Shown here in pieces: positions 32,401 through 47,417 of a stretch of 64,000 nt of DNA. Source of the DNA: Lingula anatina (taxonomy: Eukaryota > Animalia > Brachiopoda); NCBI GenBank assembly GCA_051362555.1, contig CM120642.1, forward strand, positions 22,630,001 to 22,694,000, in the 5' to 3' direction. The position numbers and the translations under genes were made by a program. Numbering within the stretch: position 1 is the first letter of the stretch; each line of letters opens with the position of its first letter. Under the pieces are notes generated by a model that did no database searches, was not told the DNA's origin, and saw only the letters and a list, made by a program, of their open reading frames with translations.

Positions 32401-35400
32401 GTTAGTATAATAAATTTAAATTTTAATTTAAAAATGACATCTTTCTTTGAGGCTCTTTCATATATACAAAAAGTCCACAAGTTGTGAAAATTAGGCAACA
32501 TTTTTTTTTTTCGATCTGTGGTCAATGTCATTTTATTTTATTTTAAGAAAATGTAATTTTATTTTATGGGACATTTAACTCAATCCCTTGCTTTAAGTAT
32601 ATACATTTACACTGCAGAGTAACTGGCTGGTGCAGACTATGGATGGTGTTAACCATCAAATTTACAAAAATCATTATTTTTCAGGAGTAGTCATGAATTT
32701 GTCATGAATTTGTCCTAAAACACATGACCACATGATTTACTAGTATTCATGTATGGGCTGTTTTAGCTCATATGTATCCTGCTGTATATTTGCCCTTTAG
32801 GTGTTGCTTCTACAGTTTACTCTGAATATATTTTCACATTTTGTTTTCAGTCTACATGAAGAGGTGTTAGCTCAGAGAGCACTAGATAGAAGATTAACAG
32901 AGGAGCTCATGAGATTTAAAAACACGATAGGAGTACTTACTGAGTAAGTGTTGGTTGATTTTTATGAACAGTCTCTGTACGTATATATGTAACCATCACC
33001 TGTCATTGCCATTGTTGTAGTCTTGATCTGAAATACCAGTACATGTGGAGTAAAAAATCTTGATCTAATCTGTTTTGGAAAAAAATGTTTTTAAACATTA
33101 TCTTGCATCAAAATTGACAAAAAACCTATTTTGTGTTATTTTTTCTGTTTTGTTTTCAAATACTAGTAGTAAGTGTCTTTCTACATGCATATGATGAATC
33201 CCTGGTGCTTTCCATCCCAGTACCATAACTGTCACTGTCCTAAATATCAATAATTTTCTGCCAAAAGCATTTAAATTAAATACCACTTTAAATGAATTAC
33301 TGGGGTATGTTTTAAATCTAGAACTTGTCTTAAATAGCAAACTCAGTGCAGAAGAAGTAGTGAAATTTTGAAAGGCAGGTTTGAACTGTTCATGAAGTTC
33401 ATCAGTGTAAATGTGATGCTAACTGGAGTGTGCCTGTCTATGTTATAATGGCACAATGAGAATTAGCTTTTCTGATATAAGTCTAATTTGTAAGCTTTGC
33501 TGTCCAATTTTAGTTTATTCACAGCATTGTCTCATTGTTAATATTAACAAATTCCATTTATATGAATTACATTTTACTTTTTATGCATTGTCAGTATTTA
33601 TTTTGATATTGATTCATACTTGTATTCCACACTGAAGCAACACAGCTGATGCACTTTAAGTAGTTTTACCTAAACTACTATCTTTACAGTGAACTGTCCC
33701 AGGTAAAGGAACACGATAAAAAAGTAACACAGCAGGCACACCAAGCCCAAGAAGAACTAAAGAATGCCCTGGTAGACTCAGAGAAAAGTGCCAGTCTTCT
33801 AGCAGAGTACCATGACCTGTATGAGCTCCAGAGAATTAGACTGGAGAAACTGGTTACCATGCTCTCAGAGGAGAAAGAATTGTGGAGCACTGCAGCATAC
33901 AGCTTGGCACTCAAGGTATTAGGATAGATGTACAGAGGCACTCATGCTTCACCAAATGAAGAAAGAAAGAGTTACAATTTTAGACCCTCTTTAATACTCG
34001 TGTTTAAATATGTATTCTGTTTTGGGTGTTTTGGTATTTTTTGTGTCTGGTTACAAGGTTAGCACATGTTTACATTTATAATTGTGTATAGTCTGGCAAA
34101 TATAAAAGAGACAAGTTAATTATAATTTTAGTGTGACTAATTATTAAATAATGCATCTAACTTTGTGCTTAATCAAAATAATAAAAAACTCCTCGAAAAT
34201 ATAAAATAACGGTATTTAAATTTTTTATTGCTATGTACAAGCATAGGCAACTCAAAACTTTTATATCAGTTTAACACCTTTCAATTTTTGAGGTGAGATT
34301 GCAATTGGTATGAGGTGTTACTTCATACCTAAACAAGATTTTTTCCCAAAAATTGGCGTAGTTGGCCACAAATGTATGGACTTCAATTACGTGCTATCAC
34401 AAAATAAAGACATAATTATCTGCTATCCAAAAGAAAGTACCCTTGTATGTAAGGCAGTAAATAAGGAGTTTTTGGCAAACGCTTACAGTATCCTTAAAGC
34501 AATTCAATTATTCATTCATTTGTTCATCATAGCTCACTGGATTTTGAATATCTGTTCAAGGTTACAGAAGAACACTCCCTGAACACAGCAAAGAGGCTTC
34601 ACATCAGTGAAAAAGCCTGGGCAAAGCTAGCCAATCACTTCACCATTCTTCTAAGTGACAAAGATACAGAGGGTATCACAGCACTCACAGAGTGTGTAGA
34701 GGGGTGGAGAGAAATTACTGAGAACTTTAATAACGAGATACGAAGAAGAGAAGATGAGATGAAAACAAAGTTGTTGAGTGTAAAAGAAGGACTGACACAT
34801 TGGATACAGGTGTTCATAAAAATAGCACTGTAAGTAGGATAAAAGCAACAGCATTTGTTCTCCACTTGAAAACGTGCACTTCCACAAATGCACATTCACA
34901 TGGTGTTTGGAGTTTCTACCGACTTCTAATCAAACAATTTGGCCTAATTTGCCTGCACTGTCTGTGAAAGTTTCACAAATTTTGTAGCATGTTTTTAAAG
35001 TTTTTAACCCTTACATTCAGATAAACTATATTTAAATACCAGTAAATTGTCACAACAATTTTGTCTCTTAATTCAGTTTGTCAAGCAGTTTTTATCATTT
35101 CAAGTTAAAGCTTGACAATTTGTCACAAAAACCATTAAAAATTTACTTGACAATGTATTACACTTTTAATGCAACTTGACATAAATTATACAGATTTTTT
35201 ATCTGTAATATTACTTTTGAATTATATCTATATCATATTGAAAATAATATATGGGGTAGATACTGTGTCAGTCATTATCATCCTAAATAGAGTATATGTA
35301 AAAATATTTTGTTTTTTCTATCAGGAACAAGGATGGACAATTCACCAAGCCACCAGATGCAGCTGCTACTCAAGAATTATATGGCTTCATCAAAGGCTGG

Positions 35401-38006
35401 GAAGAGGTACACGTAGGACATTATTCCATTTCATTTGTGAAACCTTGTGATTTGTGAAGAATTTTATCAGGATTTTCAACAACTTAAAATCAGTAAAGAA
35501 AAAACAACATTAAGATTGAATGTTTAAAGTTTTTCAAAAGCAGATAAACAAAATTGAAACTATACTTGCAGTATCTCTTCATATGGTGTGATTTTATATG
35601 AGACGCTTATCCATAAAAATGCTAACTTTCAACGTTAAAAAATGGTGTTGCTGCTACTATTATGCTGCAGCATATCCTGGACACTTACTCAGCAGTTCAG
35701 TCTTGGCAAGAGGTAGATATGATGAAGAAGATACCTGTCTTACATCCCCTCCCTCCCCCACAATAAATGTTAGTGACATGGCAGTAATCAAAATGCATAC
35801 ATGTAGATCTATTGTTTTATGTCATATTAACAATAGAATAACACCTGCAAACAATTTTAGTCTTCAATACTTAAAATGTGTAGAATACTTGTAAAATGCA
35901 TAGAGTTGACAAATCAGCACAATCTGCATGTTATATCCAAGTTTGACCAGTCACCATATGTAACATTTTACCAGTGGGTGAGTGCACCTGCATGGTTTCA
36001 CAGCACTCTCCCCTGGCCACAGCTCTCAGCATGTGGAGATATCATCTGATTCAGTGTATTGAAGCTAAACCAGGCAATCACAACAGTATGAATGAATACC
36101 CTTGCATGTATTAATGTAAATACCTTTTCATTAATGTCCTTTGTGTTTTCACCAACTACATTTCACTTCTGTGAAAAGGTGCCTTTCCAGTAATGATGTC
36201 TAATCTATAAAGTAAAAAACTGAATGGTAAAAAAGGGCCTGCTAATTGTCAAATCAAGCAAATTTACTCTTATGTCTAGACAGAGAAATTCAATTTTTAG
36301 CAAGTGTGCATGTGTAGTTGTAAATGTGTTTCTCTCAGGTTTTTATGGATTTCAAAAATTTGTTTTAAAATCTCAGTGGTTTTGTCACTTACACCTTGGT
36401 CCCTAAGCTTAAACATTATTAATATTGAACAACCTGTGTGCCATGAGAGGATTGAAATATGTTCTTTATTACTTCTAACCTGCAACTTTTTTTATTGATA
36501 AATGTTTATATTGCTATCTGTTCCCATTGAAATGTGTAACAAGTAATTCCTCTTTTTGTAAAATTATTCAAAAATTGATAGGTGTATTGAGTACAAATTA
36601 GTCATATCTGTAAAAGTCACTTTTTTATAACAATAGTAATTTAATCCATTCTCAGATTTTGTCACGAGAGATGGAGAAATTTGGTGGTGACCTGTTGCTT
36701 ACAATGGAAGACATGCTGAGGAAGATGAAGAAACAGATGGAGTCTTGGACAGAGACAGCCATGAAAATCTTCAGTCGTCACAGAAATGAGGACAACAAGG
36801 AGCACCATGAATATGGTCCTATGATAAAGATGAATGAGGTAAGTGGGTCAAGGTTATTTTAATGCAAGAGTTATTTGGAAGTAATGGTGTTAAATTTATG
36901 AATTTTCATAAGTCACTTATATTCTGATCACTATGTCTGTCTGTGTTTTCATCACAGCCGTAGCCACTGTCGTTGGAGACATCTTTTGTTTGGTTGTATT
37001 TGAAGGCATTACCTATCATTGACCCCATATTAGAAAATTTTAGTTAGATTTTTGGTTTAGAGAAAGTTAAGCCATTGTTAAGGTAAAATTTGGTGAACTT
37101 TTTTTCTGAATTTTTAGTACGATTTCACCATCCTTCTTGTGTAGACATTACTTATTCTTTTTCTTTAATTTATTTTCTTTTTAAAAATTTTTTTAATGAC
37201 TGTTTATGTGCCATCATTGATTGTTGCTTCTTTGTACTAGTTACATCACAAATCGTCCACTGTATGCAACATACAAGAGCTTAATTATATTGAGGTGCAG
37301 CCAAGATATAATTTGCTCTTGTATATCGCATGCAGTGGACTATAAGTAGTTGTAACTGACTTATGCCACGGCTGGCACTTCAAAAAATAGGATGAACGCA
37401 CAGAAGCATATGAAAATACAGGAAAGTGTGTAAGCGAAATACAAGTGCAATTATCCCATTGTTCAAAGCACCAGCCATGGTATAAATTATTGTGTGTGTG
37501 TGTGTGATGCTGAAGATACTCATATAAGAATTATCTCTCTTTGCTATAATATTGAGAAAATTAAGTAAAGAGTAACATTGTTTCATAAATATTTTGTGTC
37601 TACATTTTGCTGTACATTGTCACAAAATGCAGTTGTGTTTAATGATGTTGGTATATCCTGTTTCTTTGTGCTCTGGGCCATTTTCTAATGTATGCTTAAC
37701 CTTACTAAAACAGCACATTCATCAGGGAATGAATATATTAACATATGATTATCGGTAGAACATAAAATATGAAATATTATGGTTCTCTTCACAGCAAGAC
37801 CAACTTTAAGCACAAAAGTATGCCCACTAAAATACCAAAAGATTAGATTTTTCAGGAGTTCCACATCTTAACATTTTAAATTTAGTTTTAGACCAGCACA
37901 CTTAGTCATTAAGTGATATCATTTGGACAGTTTGTGGTCTGAGATAAGCCTTGTTGTGAACAGAACCTCAGTCTCTGTCGTGTTACAGCTTGGATGAATA
38001 ATACAG

Positions 38007-38046
<40 letters not shown>

Positions 38047-41000
38047 GCCCAAGGTAACTATCTCATTCTTTGCCAGTTATCTAGTAGTATACTTTGCAGC
38101 ACAACTATGTACCATACATGTATAGTTTTACATGTACACTCTGCACGTGTTAATTGCTTTAAATGCACTAATCCCCACCTTATTTTCTTCTCTCTTCTCT
38201 CTCACTCCCTGCCTGTGCACAGATGCATGTGTTATTTGATGTGAGTATTGCCACTTGCCACAAGACTGGGCTTATTTCACAGATCTTGACACACAGATAA
38301 AATTGATTATAATTTCTGGGATTTGAGATTGGACCAAAATAACTCAGATGTGTCATTACAAAGGAAAATAGAAGCAAGCCCAGATTGTGTTTAAATTTTT
38401 TTTATCATGCATGCAAATCCTGAGCATTTTAACTCTCAGTGTATGTAAAATATTAACACAATGCGTTTTACCAATTGCATGGCAGATAATTAGCATATAA
38501 GTAGCTTTCCTAAATAACTACAATCTATGTTGTCTATGAAATCATCACTGCTTATCCCTGCACTGGATATCCCATATATTTATATTTTCATTAATCAGTA
38601 GCAATTAACTTTCTTCTTTTTACTCAGAATGATGAAATAATTGTTTCAAATTCTAGGAAATTGATGAGCTCATCAAGCAATTTAGTGTCCGACTCACTGG
38701 AGAGAATGGTAAGGTGGAAAAGCACAGTAGACATATACCGTATTAGTCTATTAATGCACAAATGATGACTTTTGAATAGTTGTATTTTTAACAGCACCAC
38801 AACAAATTCTTATGGCATGAATGCCTGTAACATTAATTTTGGTTTATTTCAAGATCACTTATTTCTAAATCAATGCTAAAGCTTTATACTATTCACTTCC
38901 TTCATGGTTTAGGTACTGCACGGGTTCTTATCAACCTAAACAACAATCTGGAGCTCTGGGACAACAAAATCAACACCATGCTCCACGGTGGTGCACAGCT
39001 GAAGGATCAGGATTGGCTGACCTTTTATTCTTTGCTGGATGAGTGGATCCTCTTTATTGATGATGGTGTGCTGCTCATAGGTGAAACACAGAATGAAGAA
39101 GCAAAGGCAGCTAAGAAGGAACATAGGAGGTAGGAAGGAATAAAGTGTAAAATGACAAATTGTATACATTATACTAAGTCTTGTTTCTAGACTTTCTTTT
39201 AATTTATAATTCCCCAAAATGGGAAATGATGAAAGATAAGAAAAAACTTACTCTTAAGTCTATGAGTTCATTCATTGTGGGAATTGCCAGAAAATAACCA
39301 AAAAATAACATATCCTAGCCATGTGAAGAATAAGTGATGAATAAGAAGAAGTAAACATTAAAATATTTATACAAATATTATACAGATATTTATACAGTTT
39401 TTTGGGTTTGTGTGGTCCCCTATGAGACTCTCCATTTAGGTTGATAACTTACTGAATGGTATCATTTTAGAGTTGAGGTTGCCAGTGTATTCAAAGAAGT
39501 ACAGAAATGGTTGACATCAGCAGTAAACAGCATAGAAAGTGAAGATGCCAAACTTGTTGAAGAGGTAAGAGTCAGAGGTAATTAATTTGTATGTGTCCTC
39601 ATAAAATTAATTTTTACTAAATAATCTTTAAATACAGTTGTATTCCCTTGGACTTCAGAACTTCTTTGAACCCAGGGCTGACACAGTAATTTTTTTCAGA
39701 ATATGTTATCTCTAAATGTAAAATAATAATAATAATAATGTAAAAGTATAATAAAAGATAAAATATGGAAATGTTACTAGGTGAATACCCTGCACACAGA
39801 GATGGTGAAGTGGATGGTACAAATCCTGCTGCGGCTGGCTCCAGAGAAGGAGGGCAGCTCTACTGAGGCCAGCCAGGCTGCTCTACTGGGGAGTGTGCCA
39901 GTATCTCAGATCAAATCTAGTGCCAAGACCATGTGTGAGAGGCTGGACATGTTCTCTAGATACGTCACACAGTATGTGGACATTTTGATACAGTCCCAAT
40001 ATACATATATAATACAGTTGTTTTCCCATGAAATCAGAGTTGGGGATCACTCATGTCTCGTGTTTATATATATATTAGAATATATATTTATATTAGAATG
40101 TATCATGATTTAGTAATGGCATTCTCTATATGTATATATACCTAGACTTGCAACAGCATCTACTCTGAAGTGTTTGTTGAAGTGTTTTAACTGGACAGTA
40201 AGAAACCTTTGAGGCATTATACAAGTTAAATGCAATAATATGTGACATTGTAATTATAAGTCGACTTTTCCTCAAGTCATTTCACTAAGAAAACTTATTA
40301 CTTCACTTGATTGACAGATGCCTGGAGTTATAAATTATGTGTTTGTCTTCCAGGTGCTGTTTGGATATAGTTGCCACTAGTGTACAGAAGAAGATGGATG
40401 CCATGGAGGATAATGCTGACATGGAGATGAGAGACCTCAGAAAGCTCAAGGTATTATTATCAGATAGCACTCTGGTTCATCTTAGAATATGTTATGTTTT
40501 AAGGAATTTGACTTGTTTCCTCAAAATTGGTGGCCTATTGGTTTAACAAGCAGTATTTTCATTCTTTTATCTGTTAGATTATATTGTTGTCAGTGTGGGG
40601 ATCACATACATGTCAAAAACAACTGTTCATATGAAGTAAAAATGTTAACTTGTTTAAAGTTGTACGGACAGTTATATGATGAAGGAAGTGAACAAGGTCT
40701 GCCCTGGTTTTACTGCAGCCAGTCTAGACCAATGTTGATGAAACATTATCCTCAGATCAGAAAAGGGTATAATGATAAGATATACATTTTTAATTCATTT
40801 AAGCATCCCATATGCTGGTGCCATACATTTTAGGCTTCCTTCTGTTTTGGCCATGATTATGTAATGTACTTCATATATCTTTTTTACTTTTCAGTCTGAA
40901 TGTGATGAGTGGATCCAAACAGCCTCCTTGCTGGTTGCAGAGCTGACTGGGGAAAGTTTGGATTATGTTCCCAAGTCAACCCCTGCTCTTTCTCTGACCC

Positions 41001-42879
41001 CTCTCTCTGCCACCCCTGCTCCCACTGCCACCCCTGCCCCCACTGTTAACACACTGCCAGGGGAACAGACCCCTGCACCAAAGACCCCCCAGTCCTACCA
41101 TGATAAGGAGAAGCTTGAAGTCCCCCCTGGTACTCCAGGGACCGTGTCAACACCTGAACAACTAGCAAACCCTCAGGGACAGACCCCAGAAACACTGCTT
41201 GAAACTCAGGTAGGATTGGAATTTTTTCCCTTTTCATGGTGATTGATACAATTAATCACTCATTTATCACTTTTGTGTTTTAAATCTTTATTTCATTCAA
41301 TAACAAAAAAAAAAAAATAGTCAACCAGGAACTATAATGTATGTGCAAATATCTTGTGAAACACTCTTGCTCTGTTTGTATGAACTTGCAGATACCTAAA
41401 ACATTTGTATTCAACATGTATGTAATATGTTCTTCATACAGTAGTTTATCTTTAAATAAAATGCTGTAAAACTCAAATAAAGCTTAGTCATCATAAAGAT
41501 AAAAACAAGGTTGATACGAGACATTATATATTATAGGCAGCTGAAGATATATTGCCAGAAACCTCCCAACCTCAAGAGCCACAGACTGAGGCTCCTGTAC
41601 CATCAAGTGTGCCTGCAGAACTGAGCACTGGCACTACAGAGGGCACCACAGGAGGGGCTGAGGAAGGAGGGGCAGATGGAGGAGAAAATGCAGAGGGAGA
41701 GCAGGAGACTGCACCAGCTGAAGGAGACCTAGAGAAGAAAGAAAAACATGTCACTATACAGGTACTGTAGATACATGTAGTCTATATATAGTATATATGT
41801 AGTCTATAGTAGATCGTCTATAGTATATATAGTTTATGACATAAACCAGACTGATATCATAGTCCATTTCTTGGTTAATTCATGTAATCATACTTTCAAA
41901 CAAAATGCAGTTCTTAGCTCTTCTGTGATAAGATACATGTGTAAATGTACAAAATATTAAAATCCATCCAGTTGTCCATCCTTTTGCACTAATTCCTTAA
42001 GTACTTTAGTTTCTTTTAGTCCTGTCATCATACATTTTGTTACTGCTGGTATCTATAGAACACTTTTTATTTCTCAAGGAGCCTGCATCTTTAACTCTCG
42101 AGATAATTGGCTTTGATGAAAACACCCATGTGAAACCACTGCATCAGGAGACGCACAGGAAGCCCATGGATGCTGAAGGACACTCACGCCCAGACACACC
42201 CAATACAAAGAAAGCATTTGAAGCCCTGGCAGCAGTGGACACATTACAGCAACAGCTGTTGTAAGAAATAATTTTGCTGCTTTTAATTTCCCATACAAAG
42301 TAAACAGCTCAATTGTCATCATAATGCTCTAAAGTTATAAGTTTTTTAGCCTTAGAATGGGAATGGGCTAATTTTTTCATTTTGTTTTTTAAATATTTTT
42401 TGTTTTTTCTTAATTATAGTGAAACAGAAGAGAGAGCCCAGGCTGCTGAAGACAGAGCAGTTAGAGCTGAAGAGGACCTGGTAAAGACCCAGGAGTCTCT
42501 GAGAGCTTTACAGCGTAAAGTGGCTGAGCTAACTTTACAGATCGAGGGTGAGTCTGCTTCTTCAGCCCAGCAACCACAACCAGGTGCTGCTGCCACAGCT
42601 CAACAAACTCAGTCTGACACTGGCCCTCCTGCCCAGCCAGCCCAGAGTACAGCAGCAGCTGTGGTCACTTTACCAGCGCCATCTGCTGGAGCATCCCAGT
42701 CTCAAGGAGCACAATCAGAACAGGAAACAACTAAGCCATCCACCCCAGTCAAAGAAAAGTCAGAAGCAAGAGACAAGCCACCATCAAAACCATCCACGCC
42801 TGCCCCAGAGAAGAAGTCTGAGTCCCGCCCTTCATCCAGAGCCAGCTCCAGAGGCTCCATAAAACATAAAAAGAAATAA
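26476..42879 (+). CDS. AXDND1: Axonemal dynein light chain domain-containing protein 1 (~1208 aa); coding exons 26476-26605, 28864-29039, 29269-29372, 30016-30210, 30458-30514, 31316-31499, 31864-31958, 32851-32943, 33690-33915, 34561-34829, 35325-35406, 36656-36838, 38657-38708, 38913-39129, 39471-39564, 39781-39971, 40354-40450, 40895-41209, 41537-41761, 42079-42260, 42420-42879
   Basis: All 21 exons join in one open frame at GT-AG sites. Motifs VDRTKPLPTSLQSDFVP, GAGKDISFLYDV, DTLIPEEYHVV, FPSMKP, FHELIRQTSVECVERGELL, EYHDLYELQR and WSTAAYSLALKV match recalled AXDND1 sequence. An upstream exon ends at donor 26130. The start codon (26476 vs 26104) is uncertain. Confidence 0.9.
27169..27352 (+). 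pseudogene. Degenerate THAP-domain relic, probably transposon-derived, in an AXDND1 intron
   Basis: MAKACSVPGCIANTSKKSDRNF.IPKD followed, after disruptions, by YVCSVHFIT, the C2CH THAP signature. Confidence 0.55.
28684..28756. mobile_element. 73-bp Tc1/mariner-type MITE
   Basis: TA|CAGGGTGGTCCTTAAAAA ... TTTTTATGGACCACCCTG|TA: 18-bp TIR with one mismatch and a TA TSD. Confidence 0.75.
29549..29680 (+). mobile_element. Degenerate tRNA-derived SINE fragment
   Basis: A-box-like TGGCCTTGTGTT and B-box GGTTCGAGCC (29585-29594), followed by AAATGGTACCTGCTG...GACACTCAG, reminiscent of Meta/MESC-type SINE central domains (from memory). Confidence 0.4.
32086..32403 (+). mobile_element. Short degenerate HINE/DINE-like element (third family)
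   Basis: 5' TTTATAGTCAATTGCCAA..TTATGTTTT..TGTTTGTTT; internal GGATTTTGATGAAATTT and TGACCTTGAC; 3' TTGGCAGAGGTCTACAGTCTGTGAGTGCTTTTCCAGTT. Confidence 0.5.
38007..38045. repeat. (ATT)n microsatellite
   Basis: Direct reading. Confidence 0.95.
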
Positions 42880-44216
42880 TCTAATCAGAGATTAAATTGG
42901 ACATAAACAACTTTTCACAACATGGAATATGCTGTTGAGGCTTTTGATCATATTTAATGAAATGATGTATAGACTGATTATTTCTAAATTTATTAAAATA
43001 GATTTGATATTGTACACCAGACCACAGCCAGTAGCGGTACATTTACGCGCTGGGCCAGTATTGTAACAGCAGTTTACCAGCATTTTTTTACTTCCTAACT
43101 GAGGTAAACTAGTACAAACATCAACTGAAACATCAACAGACAAAAGAAATTTATTAAAATTGTTCTGTTAACAAACCGGCATAAATGATAAAGATGAAGG
43201 CAAGATTACTGCTCTTTTTTATCCATTTGCAGGGATCAAGATTTTAAGGTCTCTAAAATATAGATTTATGTATAAAATTATATCCTTTCCGGTCTGGAAA
43301 TGACAGCCTGATTATGCATTCAGCTTCTGCCAATTCTGGGAACTTTACTGGACTATGCATGCCAAGTTTTTTTGCTGCTTTTGAAAATGGTATTTACTTC
43401 TTAATGTTGTAAAAATTATGTTTCTGACATTTTTACTGTACAGAGAACCAAGCAAAATTATACATGTGTACATTATGTAAATAAATATATATCTACTGTT
43501 TTTATAACAAAATTTGTCAGATATTTCTTGTGGCCTTTTCCTATTGATTAGATCTACAATTTTATTTCTAGTTTGTGGTTTTTTTCTACCACTTAATAAT
43601 AAATGATTGACTTTTCGGAGGGGGGGAAATAACCACTTCACCATTTTGCCAATACGTTGAAATGTAGACTTTGGGCAAAGCCCCCTCTTACTGTTCTCTG
43701 TCTATACTTGTTTATACTCTATCATGTCGCAGATAGAAATTACAATCTTGAGTTAAACATATATCCATTTGTGAAAATTAGAATGAGAATAAATTCTTAA
43801 TGGATCTGGATTTTTCAAATAGTATTACAGTATACCAGTACATGTCTAGAAAGCATTTTTTTTTTTGTTGGTCCTAATTAATATATAATATTATATTGTA
43901 TTATATTATTTATGCTGTTTACTTTGACCTGAAGAATGGAATCGTATGATTTGTTTGGCAATAAGGACATTCTCGAGATAACAGCAATGTAGCTATTGAT
44001 TTTGCAGAAAAAAACTTTTCAAATTTCTACTAAATGAAAGCATAAAGCTTATCAGAGCTTTCAACTTTTGTGATTTATGTATTGTGCATTTAAAACCCCG
44101 TTTACACAAGTGGCTGTTGCATGGAGAACACTTTTGCCCTCCCCCCCCCCAAGGGTTACAGGGGATAGCCCTTTGGTAGTAAGGTGGTGTTCTAGTGATC
44201 TGAACGGTCTCCCAAA

Positions 44217-44219
<3 letters not shown>

Positions 44220-44249
<30 letters not shown>
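44220..44249. repeat. (TC)n microsatellite
   Basis: Direct reading. Confidence 0.95.
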
Positions 44250-44253
<4 letters not shown>

Positions 44254-47200
44254 CATCGGCTGGCAATGTTTTTTATGCAAGTTCAGGAAAGTATTGAAAA
44301 GGTTGTGATTTCAACTACTTCAACTACTAAATACATTGTAAACAACTCTTAAAAATATAATAAATTCTATTTTACCACCAAAACGGCATTTAGCGCAGTT
44401 TTTCTGGAATTTGTGCTTGTCATCACATCATGTGACCGCCATAGATGGCTACAGTCTGTAGTAATCTATTAAAAAAAAAAAAGAAATAAAAACTTTTTAG
44501 AAAAAAAACAGGGACTAATTTAGAATGTCAGAATGGATGCATTGACCATTGGTTAGTATGGACTTATGGTCCTTTACCCCAGGAAAATCCATTTTTGGCC
44601 AAAATGAACAGCTGTTATCGCCCTTTAACACGCGTTGATTAGAATATTCGGAAAAGCTGGTACTTATGCAAGTGCGCTGGAAAGAAGAGAAGGCGTGTTG
44701 GTCTGTTAACTTGTTTGCATTTAGCGATAGTCACCGTGTACCGGCAGTTAGTGCACACGAGCTAGCTAGTGCCATAAAGATTCATTCTGAACGCACCCTA
44801 ACAAAATGCATAGTAACTTTATCGCACTAACATTGGTGACGCGACCAGCATACTCCGAGACAGAACACTCCTAAAATATAAATAATTGTTCGTTTTCTTT
44901 ATCTTACTATTTGGAGCAGTCATTTTATGACAGGTACTGTTTTCTAAATGGCTTTTTATCTTACTAGCTGTGCAGGTTGGTTTGACGATATTCGGTTTTA
45001 AACTACATGAAAAATGTGACTTCCCAGGTCATTAATTTTCTTTAAAAAATATTTTATCTACCTCCATCCTGTCTCATGCTCTGTCTGGGTGATATCTGTG
45101 GAGACCGTCACAGTCATGGTTGAGATAGCATAAAAACCAAAACACCGCGGCCTATGATTTCCCTTATTAACAACGATTGTTTGGGATGGACCAGCTGGTG
45201 AATAGATGATAATCAAGTATAATACAAAAGAAAAAAGTATTTTAAGAAATTGTATTCTCCTTGGAAATGAAAAATAATACAATTAAGTCACAAGACTTAT
45301 TAACAATAATGTACACGTAGATGTCAAAACTGACAGAAAGAGTGAGATTTAAGTAGTTTAAATGAACAGAAAATATATTCTTTTAATCTATAAGCAATGT
45401 TATATAATATTTTCAGGCTCTTAAAAGAGCATAAGCATTACCATTTTAATAACATTTTAACATTTTTGTATAAGCCTACTACTGGTACTGTGACTATACA
45501 GAAAATGTAACTAGGGGCTTCATATTCTTAAGAATTCAAAGTCACCTAAAAAATGCCGTTATTTTGAAAAGTTAAATGAAATTCGCAAGAAGCTTCGTAA
45601 CTTTAAGAAAAATAATCAAGTTGTCTTTTTAAAATTTGCACTCTTAGTAAAATACAGAAAAGACAGTTATTTTGCGACTATGTTACAAACAAGAGGAGAC
45701 GTGTTAATCGGATTGCACTCGAAGAGAGTCTCCGTACAGTTAGTGCGCAGTACCTTGTACGATGGATACATTGTGAACGCACCCTTTAAAAATAATAAAC
45801 AATACAGATTTCTTTTTATTCTGTTTGCGAATAAAAATTCAAGGGAAGTGTAGAGTAACAACAACAGTTTCAGGACTTGCATCAAAAATTTTTCTATAAA
45901 GTACAGAGTTCTGAGTTATGATAATTATGCGAGACCCGGAGGCCAGAGAGTTACAAGTAGCCCATCTACTTGGCTGTAATCATTTCACCTCTTGTTGATA
46001 TTCAGAGTAGTTTCGAAAAAGAAATAAAAATAACCCTTCTAACAGTGCGAATATATATTTTTCAATGATCGTTCTTACCGACAGAAAAACTAACATTTGC
46101 CGATGCAAACCTCAGAAAGGGTTGCCATAGTTTCTGTAGGTGCAAAGGGAATAGGACGCTTATAGTGGGAGGTTTACTCTAAAAAAGAAGGTGCACTTTG
46201 TAAAATACTTTATTGGAGAGAGAGAGAGAGAGAGATTAGATTAACATTAGATCGTGGGTAAAATGTGGTATTATACTACAGTGTAATTACCACAACATTT
46301 TAGTGAAAAGGGATGTCCTATAAAGAAATTGTGAAAAATGTGAAAAAAAATGCAGAACATCATATGTCTGCAGATTTTTATTTTCCAATGCAATGAATTA
46401 CCAGTTGACTTTATTTTGACTTTTTAATGAGAACGTATGTCGTTTCTAAAATTAAAGTGAATGATTTGTATTCCTATTTTTATCGTAGACTAAACAGTTT
46501 TTGTTTTCATTCCTGTGAAAATTAATCTCCTACATAAAATAAATAAGTAAAAGAATTCTGCTGCAACATACATGAAAAGCGTACTTGGCTAAAATGCAAC
46601 GGTGGCTAGACTTTTAATTCAGGTGTTTCGAGATAGAATCTATCTCGATGAAGGGAGAAAACTCTCATCATGTCACTAAATTCCAAAAGTATTTCACAGG
46701 TGACAAATTTAATATCACCCGGGTATCCAAGATTTAGTCTAGAAAGGGAAGGGGTGAGGGCAAAAAATGTCTTTTTTTTTTTTTTGCTTGGCAAATGTAA
46801 AACAGAAATTAAAAATAATTTTCCTATAATATGTAAAGCATACTGATGGAAAACGGCTTGTTTTTGTAGTTTTTTTTTTCAAATATTGTTTTGTTTTTTA
46901 TAAAATTCTTTGGGAGTAGGTTGGGAGTGGGAAATTGGGTATTATAGAAGATACACGTATGAGGGGAGGGGTGCGGCACCCCTCTTAGATCTACTATTGA
47001 ATAAGTGATCAAATCATAAAAACCCTCCTGGATTATATGTCGCGTTACTTCTTGGTGTTCGACACAAATGAAAAAAGCACCGTGTCCCGTGCGTTGGTAT
47101 TTTACCATGCACTTAATTCTCCATTTTTAAAAGAGATTTATGAAAAACCTAAAACGAAAAATCGCATAGAAGGATCTTCTATTTGGATAGTAGATGGGGA

Positions 47201-47417
47201 ACAAAAGTGCAAAGAGACGTGCATTAAACTACATTTAACTACATTTGTTAATGAAATAACTGTTTAAAACTCGTGTATTAAGACCTACTATTTATTGCGG
47301 TCAACGACTTGTCACACCTAACACATTTTTGTAAATTCTACGGTAGACGTCACAATCATGTTGAGACAATTATAGATGCGCTATGCTATTACCGCGTACG
47401 AAAAGTTGTTTTTAGTA

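Noticed and set aside
44040-45790. Kolobok-like right ends (CCCTTTAA at ~44620 and ~45783)
   Set aside because: No matching left TIR found, so elements could not be delimited.
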